DNA of 64,000 bases, taken from Chloroflexota bacterium. GTDB lineage: Bacteria > Chloroflexota > UBA11872 > VXOZ01. The stretch is from the NCBI GenBank assembly GCA_964291655.2, contig OZ219802.1, positions 96,001-160,000 of the forward strand, given 5' to 3'. Position numbers and translations under genes: made by a program. Below the pieces are notes generated by a model that saw nothing but the letters and a program-made list of their open reading frames with translations, was not told where the DNA came from and did no database searches. Below are positions 8,860 to 17,569 of the stretch, piece by piece; position 1 is the first letter of the stretch; each line of letters begins with the position of its first letter.

Positions 8860-10236
8860 ATGACATTTACGAGACGATCGTTGCTGGGCGCTGGCGCCGC
8901 AGCCGGTGGTGCTGCGTTGCTGGTCGCTTGCGGCACAGCGGCAACAACGGGCGCGCCGAAGGACGACATGGCCGAGGCGCCCAAGGCCGAGGAAAAGACC
9001 GAGATGATGGAGACGCCGGTCCTGAAGATCTCCAACTACCACGCGGAAGAAGATCCGCGCTGGAAGGCGCTCTCTGAGACCTTCGCGGTAGCTGAGGAAT
9101 CTCTCGGCATCACAATCGAGGCGACGCCCGACCGGACGTTTGACGGCGGTGTATTTGCCAAGCGCAACACTGAGTTTGCCGCTGGCGAGGCCGGTGTGGA
9201 CATCACTTACAACCAGGTAAACTGGGCGCTCAAGTGGGGTCTCACCGGAGTCATCGAGGAACTGACTCCCTATTTCGCCAAAGGCCCGCGCAGCAAAGAG
9301 GACTACTTTGCCGGCGAGCTGGTGAATTGGAGTTGGGGCCCGAACCTCTATGGCGTGCCCTTCCAGTCTGGCGGCGAGGTCTTCCACGTGAATAAGGACC
9401 TGCTCACCCAGGCCGGCGTTGACATGCCGCCCCCGGACTGGAGCTATGAAGACTTGCTGGACATGTCCCGCAAGCTCACCAATGAAGAAGATAAGAAATG
9501 GGCTCTGGTCATTTACCAGAACTACGTCTTCTACATGATGGGCACGTGGATGTACAATTTCGGCGGTCAGATCCTCAACGAGACAAAGGACAAGGCGGTC
9601 TATGGCACCGATCCGCTGTCTCTGGAAGGCGCTCAGTTCAACATCGACTTGGCGCTTAAGCACAGGGTGATCGCGCCGGGTGCAGAAGAAATTGGCGTCG
9701 AGTTTGCCACGGGCACCTATCACATAGAGAACCAATTCGCGGCGATGGAGAACAATGGCATTTACCGCCACAACGGTATCCGCCCGCACTTGGGCGAGGC
9801 CTTGGACTTCCTGCCCCCGCCAAAGGGTCTGGATCAGCGCGTAACCGTGCTGGGTAATGCCTACTCTATCCTGAGTCTCTCCGAGGCCAAGGACCTGGCG
9901 TGGGATTTCCTCAGTTGGTTCCACTCCGACGAGAGCATGCTGGAGACCCCGCACTTTGGTTCCATCGCTTGGCCGCCCGTCATCGAGTACGCCACGCATC
10001 CGGTATGGCTGGAGCCATTCAAGGGCACCCGCGTAACGGACGTGGTTGACGTGTGGATTTCCGGTGGACACGATGCCATGATCGTGCCCGAGGGCACCGA
10101 GGCTTGGGGCATTGACATCGAGTGGACACGCAAGGCGATCTCCGGTGAGGTCACCGTGCCTGAGGCATTCCGCTCGTCTGCCGAAGAGATGAACGTGCTC
10201 TTCAGCCAGCGTCCCCCCGAGTGGGCGATGACATAA
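8860..10236 (+). CDS. Extracellular solute-binding lipoprotein (carbohydrate ABC SBP family), Tat-exported
   Basis: AGGAGG RBS, TRRSLL Tat motif, LLVAC lipobox, LYGVP...NKDLL..AG and DWSYEDLL SBP motifs. Confidence 0.88.
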   Translation: MTFTRRSLLGAGAAAGGAALLVACGTAATTGAPKDDMAEAPKAEEKTEMMETPVLKISNYHAEEDPRWKALSETFAVAEESLGITIEATPDRTFDGGVFAKRNTEFAAGEAGVDITYNQVNWALKWGLTGVIEELTPYFAKGPRSKEDYFAGELVNWSWGPNLYGVPFQSGGEVFHVNKDLLTQAGVDMPPPDWSYEDLLDMSRKLTNEEDKKWALVIYQNYVFYMMGTWMYNFGGQILNETKDKAVYGTDPLSLEGAQFNIDLALKHRVIAPGAEEIGVEFATGTYHIENQFAAMENNGIYRHNGIRPHLGEALDFLPPPKGLDQRVTVLGNAYSILSLSEAKDLAWDFLSWFHSDESMLETPHFGSIAWPPVIEYATHPVWLEPFKGTRVTDVVDVWISGGHDAMIVPEGTEAWGIDIEWTRKAISGEVTVPEAFRSSAEEMNVLFSQRPPEWAMT

Positions 10237-10354
10237 GACTACGAAAGTTTGCCATTTAGAGGATATACTCTGAGTAGTCAAACGAGACAGGAGGCAGCAA
10301 TATTGCTGCCTCCTACTTCTTTAAAAGAGCGCATTTCTAAAGGAGGGTATTCAG

Positions 10355-11044
10355 GTGAGAAAAGAAACAGCTCTCTTTGGCCTGATTGGGCTCGTGGTAT
10401 TGCTGGCTCTATCCGCCGGCATCCTTACCGCCTTTACCGGCAACGACTCCGATGAACTGATCGTTGAGGTCACCATTACGAACTTGACCCGCGGACAGAC
10501 GATGACTTCCGTCTTTGTCGCGCGGCACGACGGGAGCGCCGCTCCGCTCTACACGTTGGGACAGCCTGCCAGCGACGGGTTGGCATCCATGGCGGAGGAT
10601 GGCAGCGCCTCCGGTCTGCTTGGGGCATGGGACCCGGACGAGAATAGCAGTGTCGCCGAAGCCCGAACAGCAGGCGGCCTGATTCGGCCCGGCCAGAGCG
10701 TTACCATATCGTTCAATGTTAGCGATGGGAAGCAATTGCTCTCCCTCGCCAGCATGTTGGTGTCTAAAAATGACGGCTTTATCGGCGCAAACAGCCTCGA
10801 CCTTTCCTCATCTAAGGTTGTCTACCTGAATGTCTACGACGCAGGCAGTGAAGGCAACAGTGAAAGCTGCGATTTCGTTCCGGGGCCTCCCTGCAACAGC
10901 CACAACGCCAGAGACACAGCAACTGCTGAAGGCTTTGTCCACGTTCATGCAGGCATCCACGGCGACGGAGGACTTGATCCCGCGCAACACGACTGGCGCA
11001 ACCCGGCCGCCAGGCTGGAAATCAAGACGTGGAAACGGATTTGA
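10355..11044 (+). CDS. Spondin_N domain-containing secreted protein
   Basis: VTITNLT, ASDGLASMAEDG, ASMLVSKNDGF and VYDAGSEGN motifs typical of bacterial spondin-domain proteins. N-terminal TM or signal peptide. Confidence 0.8.
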   Translation: MRKETALFGLIGLVVLLALSAGILTAFTGNDSDELIVEVTITNLTRGQTMTSVFVARHDGSAAPLYTLGQPASDGLASMAEDGSASGLLGAWDPDENSSVAEARTAGGLIRPGQSVTISFNVSDGKQLLSLASMLVSKNDGFIGANSLDLSSSKVVYLNVYDAGSEGNSESCDFVPGPPCNSHNARDTATAEGFVHVHAGIHGDGGLDPAQHDWRNPAARLEIKTWKRI

Positions 11045-11057
11045 TGGGAGTGGCCGT

Positions 11058-11144
11058 GCACTTTGTCAGAGCGTAGCCGCGCACTTTATCAGAGCGTAGC
11101 CGCGCACTTTATCAGAGCGTAGCCGGGCACTTTATCAGAGCGTA
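11058..11144. repeat. Tandem repeat, ~3.8 x 23 bp (gcactttatcagagcgtagccgc)
   Basis: Units start at 11058, 11081, 11104 and 11127. No spacers. Confidence 0.92.
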
Positions 11145-11317
11145 ACAGTAGGAGAAGAAGAATAGGGGGAGAAGATTGCGCAGCTCTTCCCCTATCTCGG
11201 AATGGGTTTGACGTACCTTTAAGATCAGAGCAAAGCGTGATACACTTGTCTAGGCTAACTGTAAGCACACCTAAACGTGCTTTGAATACGTAGTGGCCTA
11301 TTTCAAAGGAGTGTGCG

Positions 11318-12613
11318 ATGGCGAAGGTAGTAAGCAGAGAAGCGTTGGCGCTGGAAGGTGGACCAAAGGCCGTTACTGCTTCGACCAGTGATACGTGGGA
11401 ACGAGTCAGTCCATTGGAGAAGCAGTATGTGAATGCAGTGCTCGACGACTACGGCAGTGCTTATGACGAGATTGAAAAGTTCGAAGAGCAGTTCCGAGAC
11501 TTTGTCGGCACCCGCTACGCCTTGGCACACTGCAATGGCACGTCTACAATTCACGCGGCGGTATTTGCTTCCGGCGCCCGTCTGGGTAAAGAGGTGATCG
11601 TGCCGTCGGTGACGTGGCACGCGAGCATTACGCCAATCCTACACTGCGGCGCCACGCCGGTCTTTTGCGACATCGATCCGGAGACGTTTTGCGCCGACCC
11701 GGAAGACGTGCGTCGCAAGATCACGCCGAATACGTGCGCGATAATAGTCACTCACGTCTACGGCAACCCGGCGGACATGGACTCCTTCCGCGAGATGGTT
11801 GATGGCACGGACATCACGCTGATCGAAGATGCTTCCCACGCTCACGGCGGGACTTGGAATGGGCAGCAAGTCGGTTCGCTAGGTGACATAGGCTGCTTCA
11901 GCCTGCAGGGCAGCAAGGCCGTAACCGGCATAGAAGCCGGTGTCGCGACTACGAACTGTCCTGACCTCTATGACCGCATGCTTGCTTTGGGGCATTACGG
12001 CCGAACCGAGCGTATGTGGCAGACGGACGCGTTCAAATCGCTCCACAACATTGGACTAGGCGTAAAGTATCGCGCCAACCCGTTTGGGATGGCAATGGCA
12101 CGCGCGCAGCTAGAGCGCCTATCGGAATTGAACGAAATGCGCCTGTCGTGGTTCAAGAAGCTGGATGATCTCTTAGGGGAGATTCCGGGCATCCATCCCC
12201 AGAAAACCTATCCCGCGGCTGTGCGCGGCGGCCTCCTGCTTTACGCAGGGGTGATCGATCCCGTGGCAATCGGCGCGCCCGTGAACAGCGTGCTCAAGGC
12301 CCTCGTTGCAGAAGGGGTCAGCACGACCCCGGCGATCACACCGTTCGGTTATGGTGTGATGCACCTGGAACCGCTGTTCAATGACTTTTCGTTTGAAGAC
12401 TTAGGTGGCCCTTGGGGCGACTTGCCGTCAAACGCGCGCAAGCCGTTGCAGCGCGGTTCATTGCCGGTCAGCGAACGTGTGCACGACTCCTGTTTCTGGC
12501 TCTCAACGCCGGTTGATCCCAGCGATGAGTGGATTGAGCAGAATGCTGCAGCCTTCCGCAAGGTGGTTGAGCAGGGGCCGCGACTCGCGGAGGTCCTAAC
12601 CAAGGCCGGCTAA
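11318..12613 (+). CDS. DegT/DnrJ/EryC1/StrS family PLP-dependent aminotransferase
   Basis: NGTSTI, HVYGNP, IEDASHAHG and FSLQGSK (PLP Lys) motifs. AAGGAG RBS. Confidence 0.92.
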   Translation: MAKVVSREALALEGGPKAVTASTSDTWERVSPLEKQYVNAVLDDYGSAYDEIEKFEEQFRDFVGTRYALAHCNGTSTIHAAVFASGARLGKEVIVPSVTWHASITPILHCGATPVFCDIDPETFCADPEDVRRKITPNTCAIIVTHVYGNPADMDSFREMVDGTDITLIEDASHAHGGTWNGQQVGSLGDIGCFSLQGSKAVTGIEAGVATTNCPDLYDRMLALGHYGRTERMWQTDAFKSLHNIGLGVKYRANPFGMAMARAQLERLSELNEMRLSWFKKLDDLLGEIPGIHPQKTYPAAVRGGLLLYAGVIDPVAIGAPVNSVLKALVAEGVSTTPAITPFGYGVMHLEPLFNDFSFEDLGGPWGDLPSNARKPLQRGSLPVSERVHDSCFWLSTPVDPSDEWIEQNAAAFRKVVEQGPRLAEVLTKAG

Positions 12614-13126
12614 GCCAATCGAACTATTCCTGAAAGTCGCCTCTTGCGTGGCGGTCCCACTTTGTGTCCCGACGCTGCGTGGTGGGCCAGTGATGGCCGC
12701 CAATTGATTGTGCCACCTGGGAAACCGTAGTTTGCAGTATCGCTTGACGATTTAGCGGCGGCCACGTTGCCACCAGTTCGAAGATGTCTAGTGAAGACTG
12801 GTCTGAGCCTGCACTCACTGCCCAATCGAAATGAAGGGCAGTGAGTGCAATTTTCATTCTTGCCCAAAGTGCTAGATTTGCAATCAAACATCCCGATCAA
12901 TCGAATCTTCGTATCGGTTCCAGCATGCCGAACCCTGCAGGCCAATGCAGGGAAGAGCCTGCGATGGTAGCATGAGAGTATGATCGTGTCACACGACTGT
13001 GTGACACAACTTTGACTCTTCCTCTGTTCGCTGCCAGCGCTCAAAGGGACACTTGCTTGAAGTGAATCCCATGTGCGGTGTAGCGTTAATCAAAGAAGCA
13101 CAAACTCCAAGAAAGCAACTTAGCGC

Positions 13127-13951
13127 ATGGCAACAGAAAACCCAGGGGTTTCGGACGAAACTCAAGAGGTGATGCCGGATGGAAGACATCCCGATGACGT
13201 AGCCGACCTCGACATGGAAATGACGCTCGGGGAGCACCTCACCGAGTTGAGGCGTCGCCTGCTCATTGCGGTGCTTTCCGTGCTCTTCTTTACCGTGATT
13301 GGCTTTATCTTCATCAGGCCAATCATGGACCTTCTCATTGCTCCGGCGCCGGATAACGTGACGACGCTCTACCAATTCTCCCCGACGGAGGGCATTTTCA
13401 CGTTCATGCGCGTCGCCATCATGGTGGGCGTCGCATGCGCGATGCCGATGCTCATCTATCAGATCGGTGCTTATGTATTGCCCGGTCTGACCCGACGCGA
13501 GCGCCGGTATCTTTATATGCTTGTTCCGACGTCGTCATTTGCATTTCTGGTGGGACTGGCATTCTGCTACTTCGTGGTACTGCGGTTTGCGTTGGGATTT
13601 CTGCTTGGGACGAATAGCTGGATATCCGATCAGGTGGAGAGTTTCCCATCAGTCTCGCTGTATGTGAACTTCGTAACGCGCATGTTGCTTGCGCTGGGGA
13701 TAGTCTTCCAGACACCCATATTCATCTACTTTCTGTCGGCAATAGGCATAGTCGATACACGGAAGCTCTCGCGCTGGCGGCCATTTGTTGTCGTAATCGT
13801 TGCCATAGTAGCTGCCGTTATTACGCCGACGCCGGACCCCTTTAACCAAGCGCTCGTTGCCGTTCCAATGTATCTTCTGTATGAAGTTGGCATCCTGTTG
13901 TCCCGTATCACCGGTCCGGTGACCCGACGCCGCTCACAGAGTGAAGACTAG
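13127..13951 (+). CDS. tatC: Twin-arginine translocase subunit TatC
   Basis: MTLGEHLTELRRRL, PGLTRRERR, FQTP and ITPTPDPF motifs, 6 TM. Confidence 0.95.
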   Translation: MATENPGVSDETQEVMPDGRHPDDVADLDMEMTLGEHLTELRRRLLIAVLSVLFFTVIGFIFIRPIMDLLIAPAPDNVTTLYQFSPTEGIFTFMRVAIMVGVACAMPMLIYQIGAYVLPGLTRRERRYLYMLVPTSSFAFLVGLAFCYFVVLRFALGFLLGTNSWISDQVESFPSVSLYVNFVTRMLLALGIVFQTPIFIYFLSAIGIVDTRKLSRWRPFVVVIVAIVAAVITPTPDPFNQALVAVPMYLLYEVGILLSRITGPVTRRRSQSED

Positions 13952-13956
13952 GCCGA

Positions 13957-14964
13957 TTAGGGCGCAGCTCCAAGAGACTGTGTGAATGCAAGGATGTCCC
14001 GGACTTCCTGGTCTGTGATCTGTTCTGGTAGATAGGGCGGCATAACGTCTGATGGCTCACGTACTGCATTGAGAAACTCAGCAAAGTCGAGACGCGTGCC
14101 GGCGAGAGTCGGGCCGATGCCGCCATCAGCTTGGAGTCCGTGACAGAGAACGCACCCAGCGGTACGGTATACGGATTCTCCCTCCACCGGACTGCCGTAT
14201 CCAAACGGAGGTACCGGAGCCGGCACCGGCGCTTGGGCGGGGGCAGGGATGAGATTCAGTTCTTTCGCCAAATCGCCCCCGTTGACGACTACCACTTCCC
14301 CTTCGCTCGCCCACGGTTGTTCGGTCTTCCAAAGTTGAAACGCCCGCCGTTGCGCGCGGAGGACTAGCACGAATCCATAGTCCCGGATGCTCATCGGTAG
14401 TCCATTGAACGTGATTGGGTCCAGTCCCTGTTGGCGTACTGCGAAGTATGCAGCCTTGATGGCTGCGTTTTCATCAAGCAGGGCGAGGTGATTGGTAACG
14501 ATCACGGGCCAGGGTTGTCCAAAGTCCTCTGCCCAGGTGTTGGATCTCGGGATAAACCGGCGGGTCTCTAGGAACGTGTCTGCTCCGGCGGCAGATAGTT
14601 CGTCGAAGAGATTCATCAGGCTCACGCTCTGGGTAGTCTCATCCCAAAGCAATATGCCCTTCTGAAATGCCTGTGCCACCAGGCCTTTGTAGGGGAATCG
14701 CTGTGATACCGGGTAGCCAAGGGCCTGGAAACCACCGAGTCTGCGATACGACGACCAGAAAAGCGCCTCTCTATCATCGATGACTGTGTAGCCAAGCTCT
14801 TGGCTGTCATCAGTGCCGTTGGTCTGGGTGTAGAAGTGACCCTTTGGAATCGCCCAATCGCGAACATCCTTCACGTCTGCTTGCACTCTTGCTGGAGCAG
14901 ACATGGTAAACAGAGCTACGATTGCGAGATGTAAAAGCAGTTGGGTGAGTCTCTTGAGGATCAT
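13957..14964 (-). CDS. Secreted protein: Chloroflexota-type surface domain + C-terminal c-type cytochrome
   Basis: Signal peptide, LGYPVSQRF...QAFQKG module, Pro/Ala linker, CVLCH heme motif, IGPTL and axial MPPY. Confidence 0.8.
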   Translation of the reverse strand: MILKRLTQLLLHLAIVALFTMSAPARVQADVKDVRDWAIPKGHFYTQTNGTDDSQELGYTVIDDREALFWSSYRRLGGFQALGYPVSQRFPYKGLVAQAFQKGILLWDETTQSVSLMNLFDELSAAGADTFLETRRFIPRSNTWAEDFGQPWPVIVTNHLALLDENAAIKAAYFAVRQQGLDPITFNGLPMSIRDYGFVLVLRAQRRAFQLWKTEQPWASEGEVVVVNGGDLAKELNLIPAPAQAPVPAPVPPFGYGSPVEGESVYRTAGCVLCHGLQADGGIGPTLAGTRLDFAEFLNAVREPSDVMPPYLPEQITDQEVRDILAFTQSLGAAP

Positions 14965-14982
14965 TGGGCACAAGGGGTGAGG

Positions 14983-15792
14983 TTAGGCTTGAGGTCGAGC
15001 GAGTAGATGAAGATAACGAGCAAGATACTTGTGCGGTGTGCGTGTTATAAGAGTCTGCTCCAAAGCGTAGGCGGCCTCCCATCCCTCCTGCTGTTCGAGA
15101 CAATCTTGAGATAGGTAGTCACATGCTACGCGCACACCTCGAACTGCCACACTGTGAAGACCTGCTTTGTCGAGCATCGCCACCAGCTCTTGCAACGAAT
15201 ACACGCGACGATAGCCGCCAAAGAGTGTCGCCGGGTGAACTGTCTTGTCGAGCATTTGCAGCGCCGCTTGTGGGTTCTGTTGGTTTACTACCGTGCGCAG
15301 CGGCTCTGCGTCCCGGTTTGCTACAGCCACGGAAACAACCCCATCGTCTTGGATGAGTTGGCGAATGCGTTGCAGAATTTCTTGCGGCCCAACAGCGTAT
15401 TCCAAAATATTGTGGCAAAGAACAGCGGAAAACTTGCTCCTTAGGTGTCGGGCCCGGAAATCCAAAACTGTGCCTTGCTGTACGCGGAGATTCTTGCGCA
15501 TGTCCTTCGCGAGGTCACGCTTTGCCTTTGCAGTTGCCAGGTCTAGCATGCCCTGAGCCGGGTCTAGCAACACCACGCGATGTCCTTGGGCAGCGAGACG
15601 AAGGGCGAATGCACCTGTGCCTCCACCAACGTCGAGCACGTAGTGGGGTGAGTCTGCCTGCTGCAAGTGATGTGCAAGCCCGGACCAGACCAGTTCGGTC
15701 CGCAATCGTCCGAGGGGACTCTGCAGATATTCTTCGAAGTTGGCCGCGTCGCGATCGAAGTGTTCGACCTCTCGGGCCGGCGGGGCTTTCAC
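14983..15792 (-). CDS. Class I SAM-dependent methyltransferase (SmtA/CmoM-like)
   Basis: VLDVGGGTG motif I, GRLR N-terminal motif, VLCHNILEY, C-terminal LARYLH. Confidence 0.85.
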   Translation of the reverse strand: MKAPPAREVEHFDRDAANFEEYLQSPLGRLRTELVWSGLAHHLQQADSPHYVLDVGGGTGAFALRLAAQGHRVVLLDPAQGMLDLATAKAKRDLAKDMRKNLRVQQGTVLDFRARHLRSKFSAVLCHNILEYAVGPQEILQRIRQLIQDDGVVSVAVANRDAEPLRTVVNQQNPQAALQMLDKTVHPATLFGGYRRVYSLQELVAMLDKAGLHSVAVRGVRVACDYLSQDCLEQQEGWEAAYALEQTLITRTPHKYLARYLHLLARPQA

Positions 15793-16082
15793 CTAAGACG
15801 CCTTTCTCGCTCGAGCATCTGTCCTTACCAGCTTACCTACACCACGTAGATTCTGCTAGTGCACTACAGAGAGATTTCCTTCTGCATTTCAAGGCGAGTG
15901 GGATAGCCCGCTTCGCCCTATCGAGCGATAGGCACCTTTCGTCGCCTGGAGGTTTCCGCATGGTTGACCAGGCAATCCTGTAACCCTCTGTCACGGTTGA
16001 GACTTTGTGGCTTGGAATAGGACTTGCTAGACTGTGGACAAGACAATGACCAGCTCGTATTTGAGTTGAAGCGAAGGGAGCA

Positions 16083-17354
16083 TTGGAGAGAGGAATGCTA
16101 CCGATAGCAGTGTTTCAGCCAGTAATTGGGATCTTGGGGCTCATCGCGCTGGCGTGGGCAATCAGCGAAAACCGCCGGGTATTTCCATGGCGAACGGCTG
16201 TGGCTGGGCTGGTCGTGCAATTCGGGCTCGCCCTATTGCTTTTGAAGGTCCCTAACTCACAAATTGTATTTGTCTGGATTGGCAACGGTGTGAGTGCGCT
16301 GGTCAGGGCGACTGAGGCCGGCACATTGTTCGTGTTCGGATTCCTAGGCGGCGGGCCGCCACCATTTGAGGAGACTTTTCCGGGCGCGTCGTTCGCGTTT
16401 GCTTTTCGCTCGCTGCCGCTCGTCGTTGTAATTGGCGCGCTTTCGGCAATCCTGTACCACTATCGGATTCTGCCCTGGGTGGTGAGAGGATTTGCTTGGG
16501 TCCTCAGAAAGACGCTGAAAATTGGCGGGGCGACAAGCTTTGCCACTGCTGCCAATATCTTTATCGGTATGGTTGAAGCGCCCTTGCTCGTGCGACCGTA
16601 CCTTGAACGCATGAGCCGCTCGGAACTCTTCATCGTGATGACGGGTGGCATGGCCACCGTCGCGGGGACTGTGTTCGCCCTCTACGTTACCCTTTTGGAT
16701 GGCATCATTCCCGATCCGGCAGGCCACGTACTCACTGCGTCCATCATCAGTGCCCCTGCCGCCATCATGATTGCGCTCATACTCGTTCCGCGGACAGGCG
16801 AGGAAGTTGACGACTCTAGAGTTGAATTTGAACGCATATACGAAAACGGCGCTGATGCCCTGACCCGCGGCACTATTGATGGCCTGCGGCTGTTCGCTTA
16901 CATCATCGGCATGTTGATTGTGCTGGTGGCATTTGTTGAATTGGCGAACATCATTTTGGAACTTGCGCCGCTGATCGCAGGCGAACCGCTGACTCTACAG
17001 AGAATTCTCGGCTGGACTCTCTCGCCGGTAGTGTGGGCGCTGGGCGTCCCCTGGGCAGAATCATTTACTGCCGGGCAACTGCTTGGCACGAAAGTAATCC
17101 TCAACGAGCTTCTAGCTTACGTCCAGATGTCGCAACTTCCCCCCGGCAGCTTGAGTGAGCGCAGCGCGTTGATCATGGCTTACAGCATCTGCGGTTTTGC
17201 AAACTTTGCCAGCCTGGGCATCATGATTGGCGGCATAGGCGCCATCGTCCCGGAGCGACGGCTGGAGATTGCAAACCTCGGTCTCAAGTCCATCCTGGCC
17301 GGCACAATGGCAACGTGCATGACGGGCGCAATTGCGGGACTGCTGTACTGGTAG
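16083..17354 (+). CDS. nupC: Concentrative nucleoside transporter (CNT/NupC family)
   Basis: ANIFIGMVEAPL, GMATVAG, KVILNE and CGFANFASLGI motifs. Confidence 0.92.
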   Translation: MERGMLPIAVFQPVIGILGLIALAWAISENRRVFPWRTAVAGLVVQFGLALLLLKVPNSQIVFVWIGNGVSALVRATEAGTLFVFGFLGGGPPPFEETFPGASFAFAFRSLPLVVVIGALSAILYHYRILPWVVRGFAWVLRKTLKIGGATSFATAANIFIGMVEAPLLVRPYLERMSRSELFIVMTGGMATVAGTVFALYVTLLDGIIPDPAGHVLTASIISAPAAIMIALILVPRTGEEVDDSRVEFERIYENGADALTRGTIDGLRLFAYIIGMLIVLVAFVELANIILELAPLIAGEPLTLQRILGWTLSPVVWALGVPWAESFTAGQLLGTKVILNELLAYVQMSQLPPGSLSERSALIMAYSICGFANFASLGIMIGGIGAIVPERRLEIANLGLKSILAGTMATCMTGAIAGLLYW

Positions 17355-17490
17355 AGTCCCGGGCTAGAGAAGAACGAGAAGGCGAGGCAGCGATACGTGG
17401 AGCAAGAACGAATTCAAGTGCCCTGGGCGGTAGCGGCAAGACACCAAGAATATTGAGGTCATCCAGCAGGGTTTGCTAGACTGAGTATAC

Positions 17491-17566
17491 GACCCGGTAG
17501 CTCAGTTGGCAGAGCACCTGACTTTTAATCAGGGTGTCCTGGGTTCGAGCCCCAGCCGGGTCACCA
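17491..17566 (+). tRNA. tRNA-Lys(TTT)
   Basis: 76-nt cloverleaf, CCTGA-CT-TTT-AA-TCAGG anticodon arm, encoded CCA. Upstream TTGAGG-N18-TAGACT. Confidence 0.97.
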
Positions 17567-17569
17567 AGT

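Noticed and set aside
8812-10281. Long antisense ORFs (489 aa here; also 47229-48083, 49736-50632, 55723-56595, 58134-59102, 60748-61647)
   Set aside because: Shadow frames of well-supported genes in GC-rich DNA, with no motifs of their own.
11058-11144. Possible CRISPR array
   Set aside because: Units are contiguous with no unique spacers, and there are no cas genes in the window.
12620-13120. Hidden tatA/tatB in the 500-bp gap upstream of tatC
   Set aside because: No ORF with the TM-FG-amphipathic helix pattern was found.
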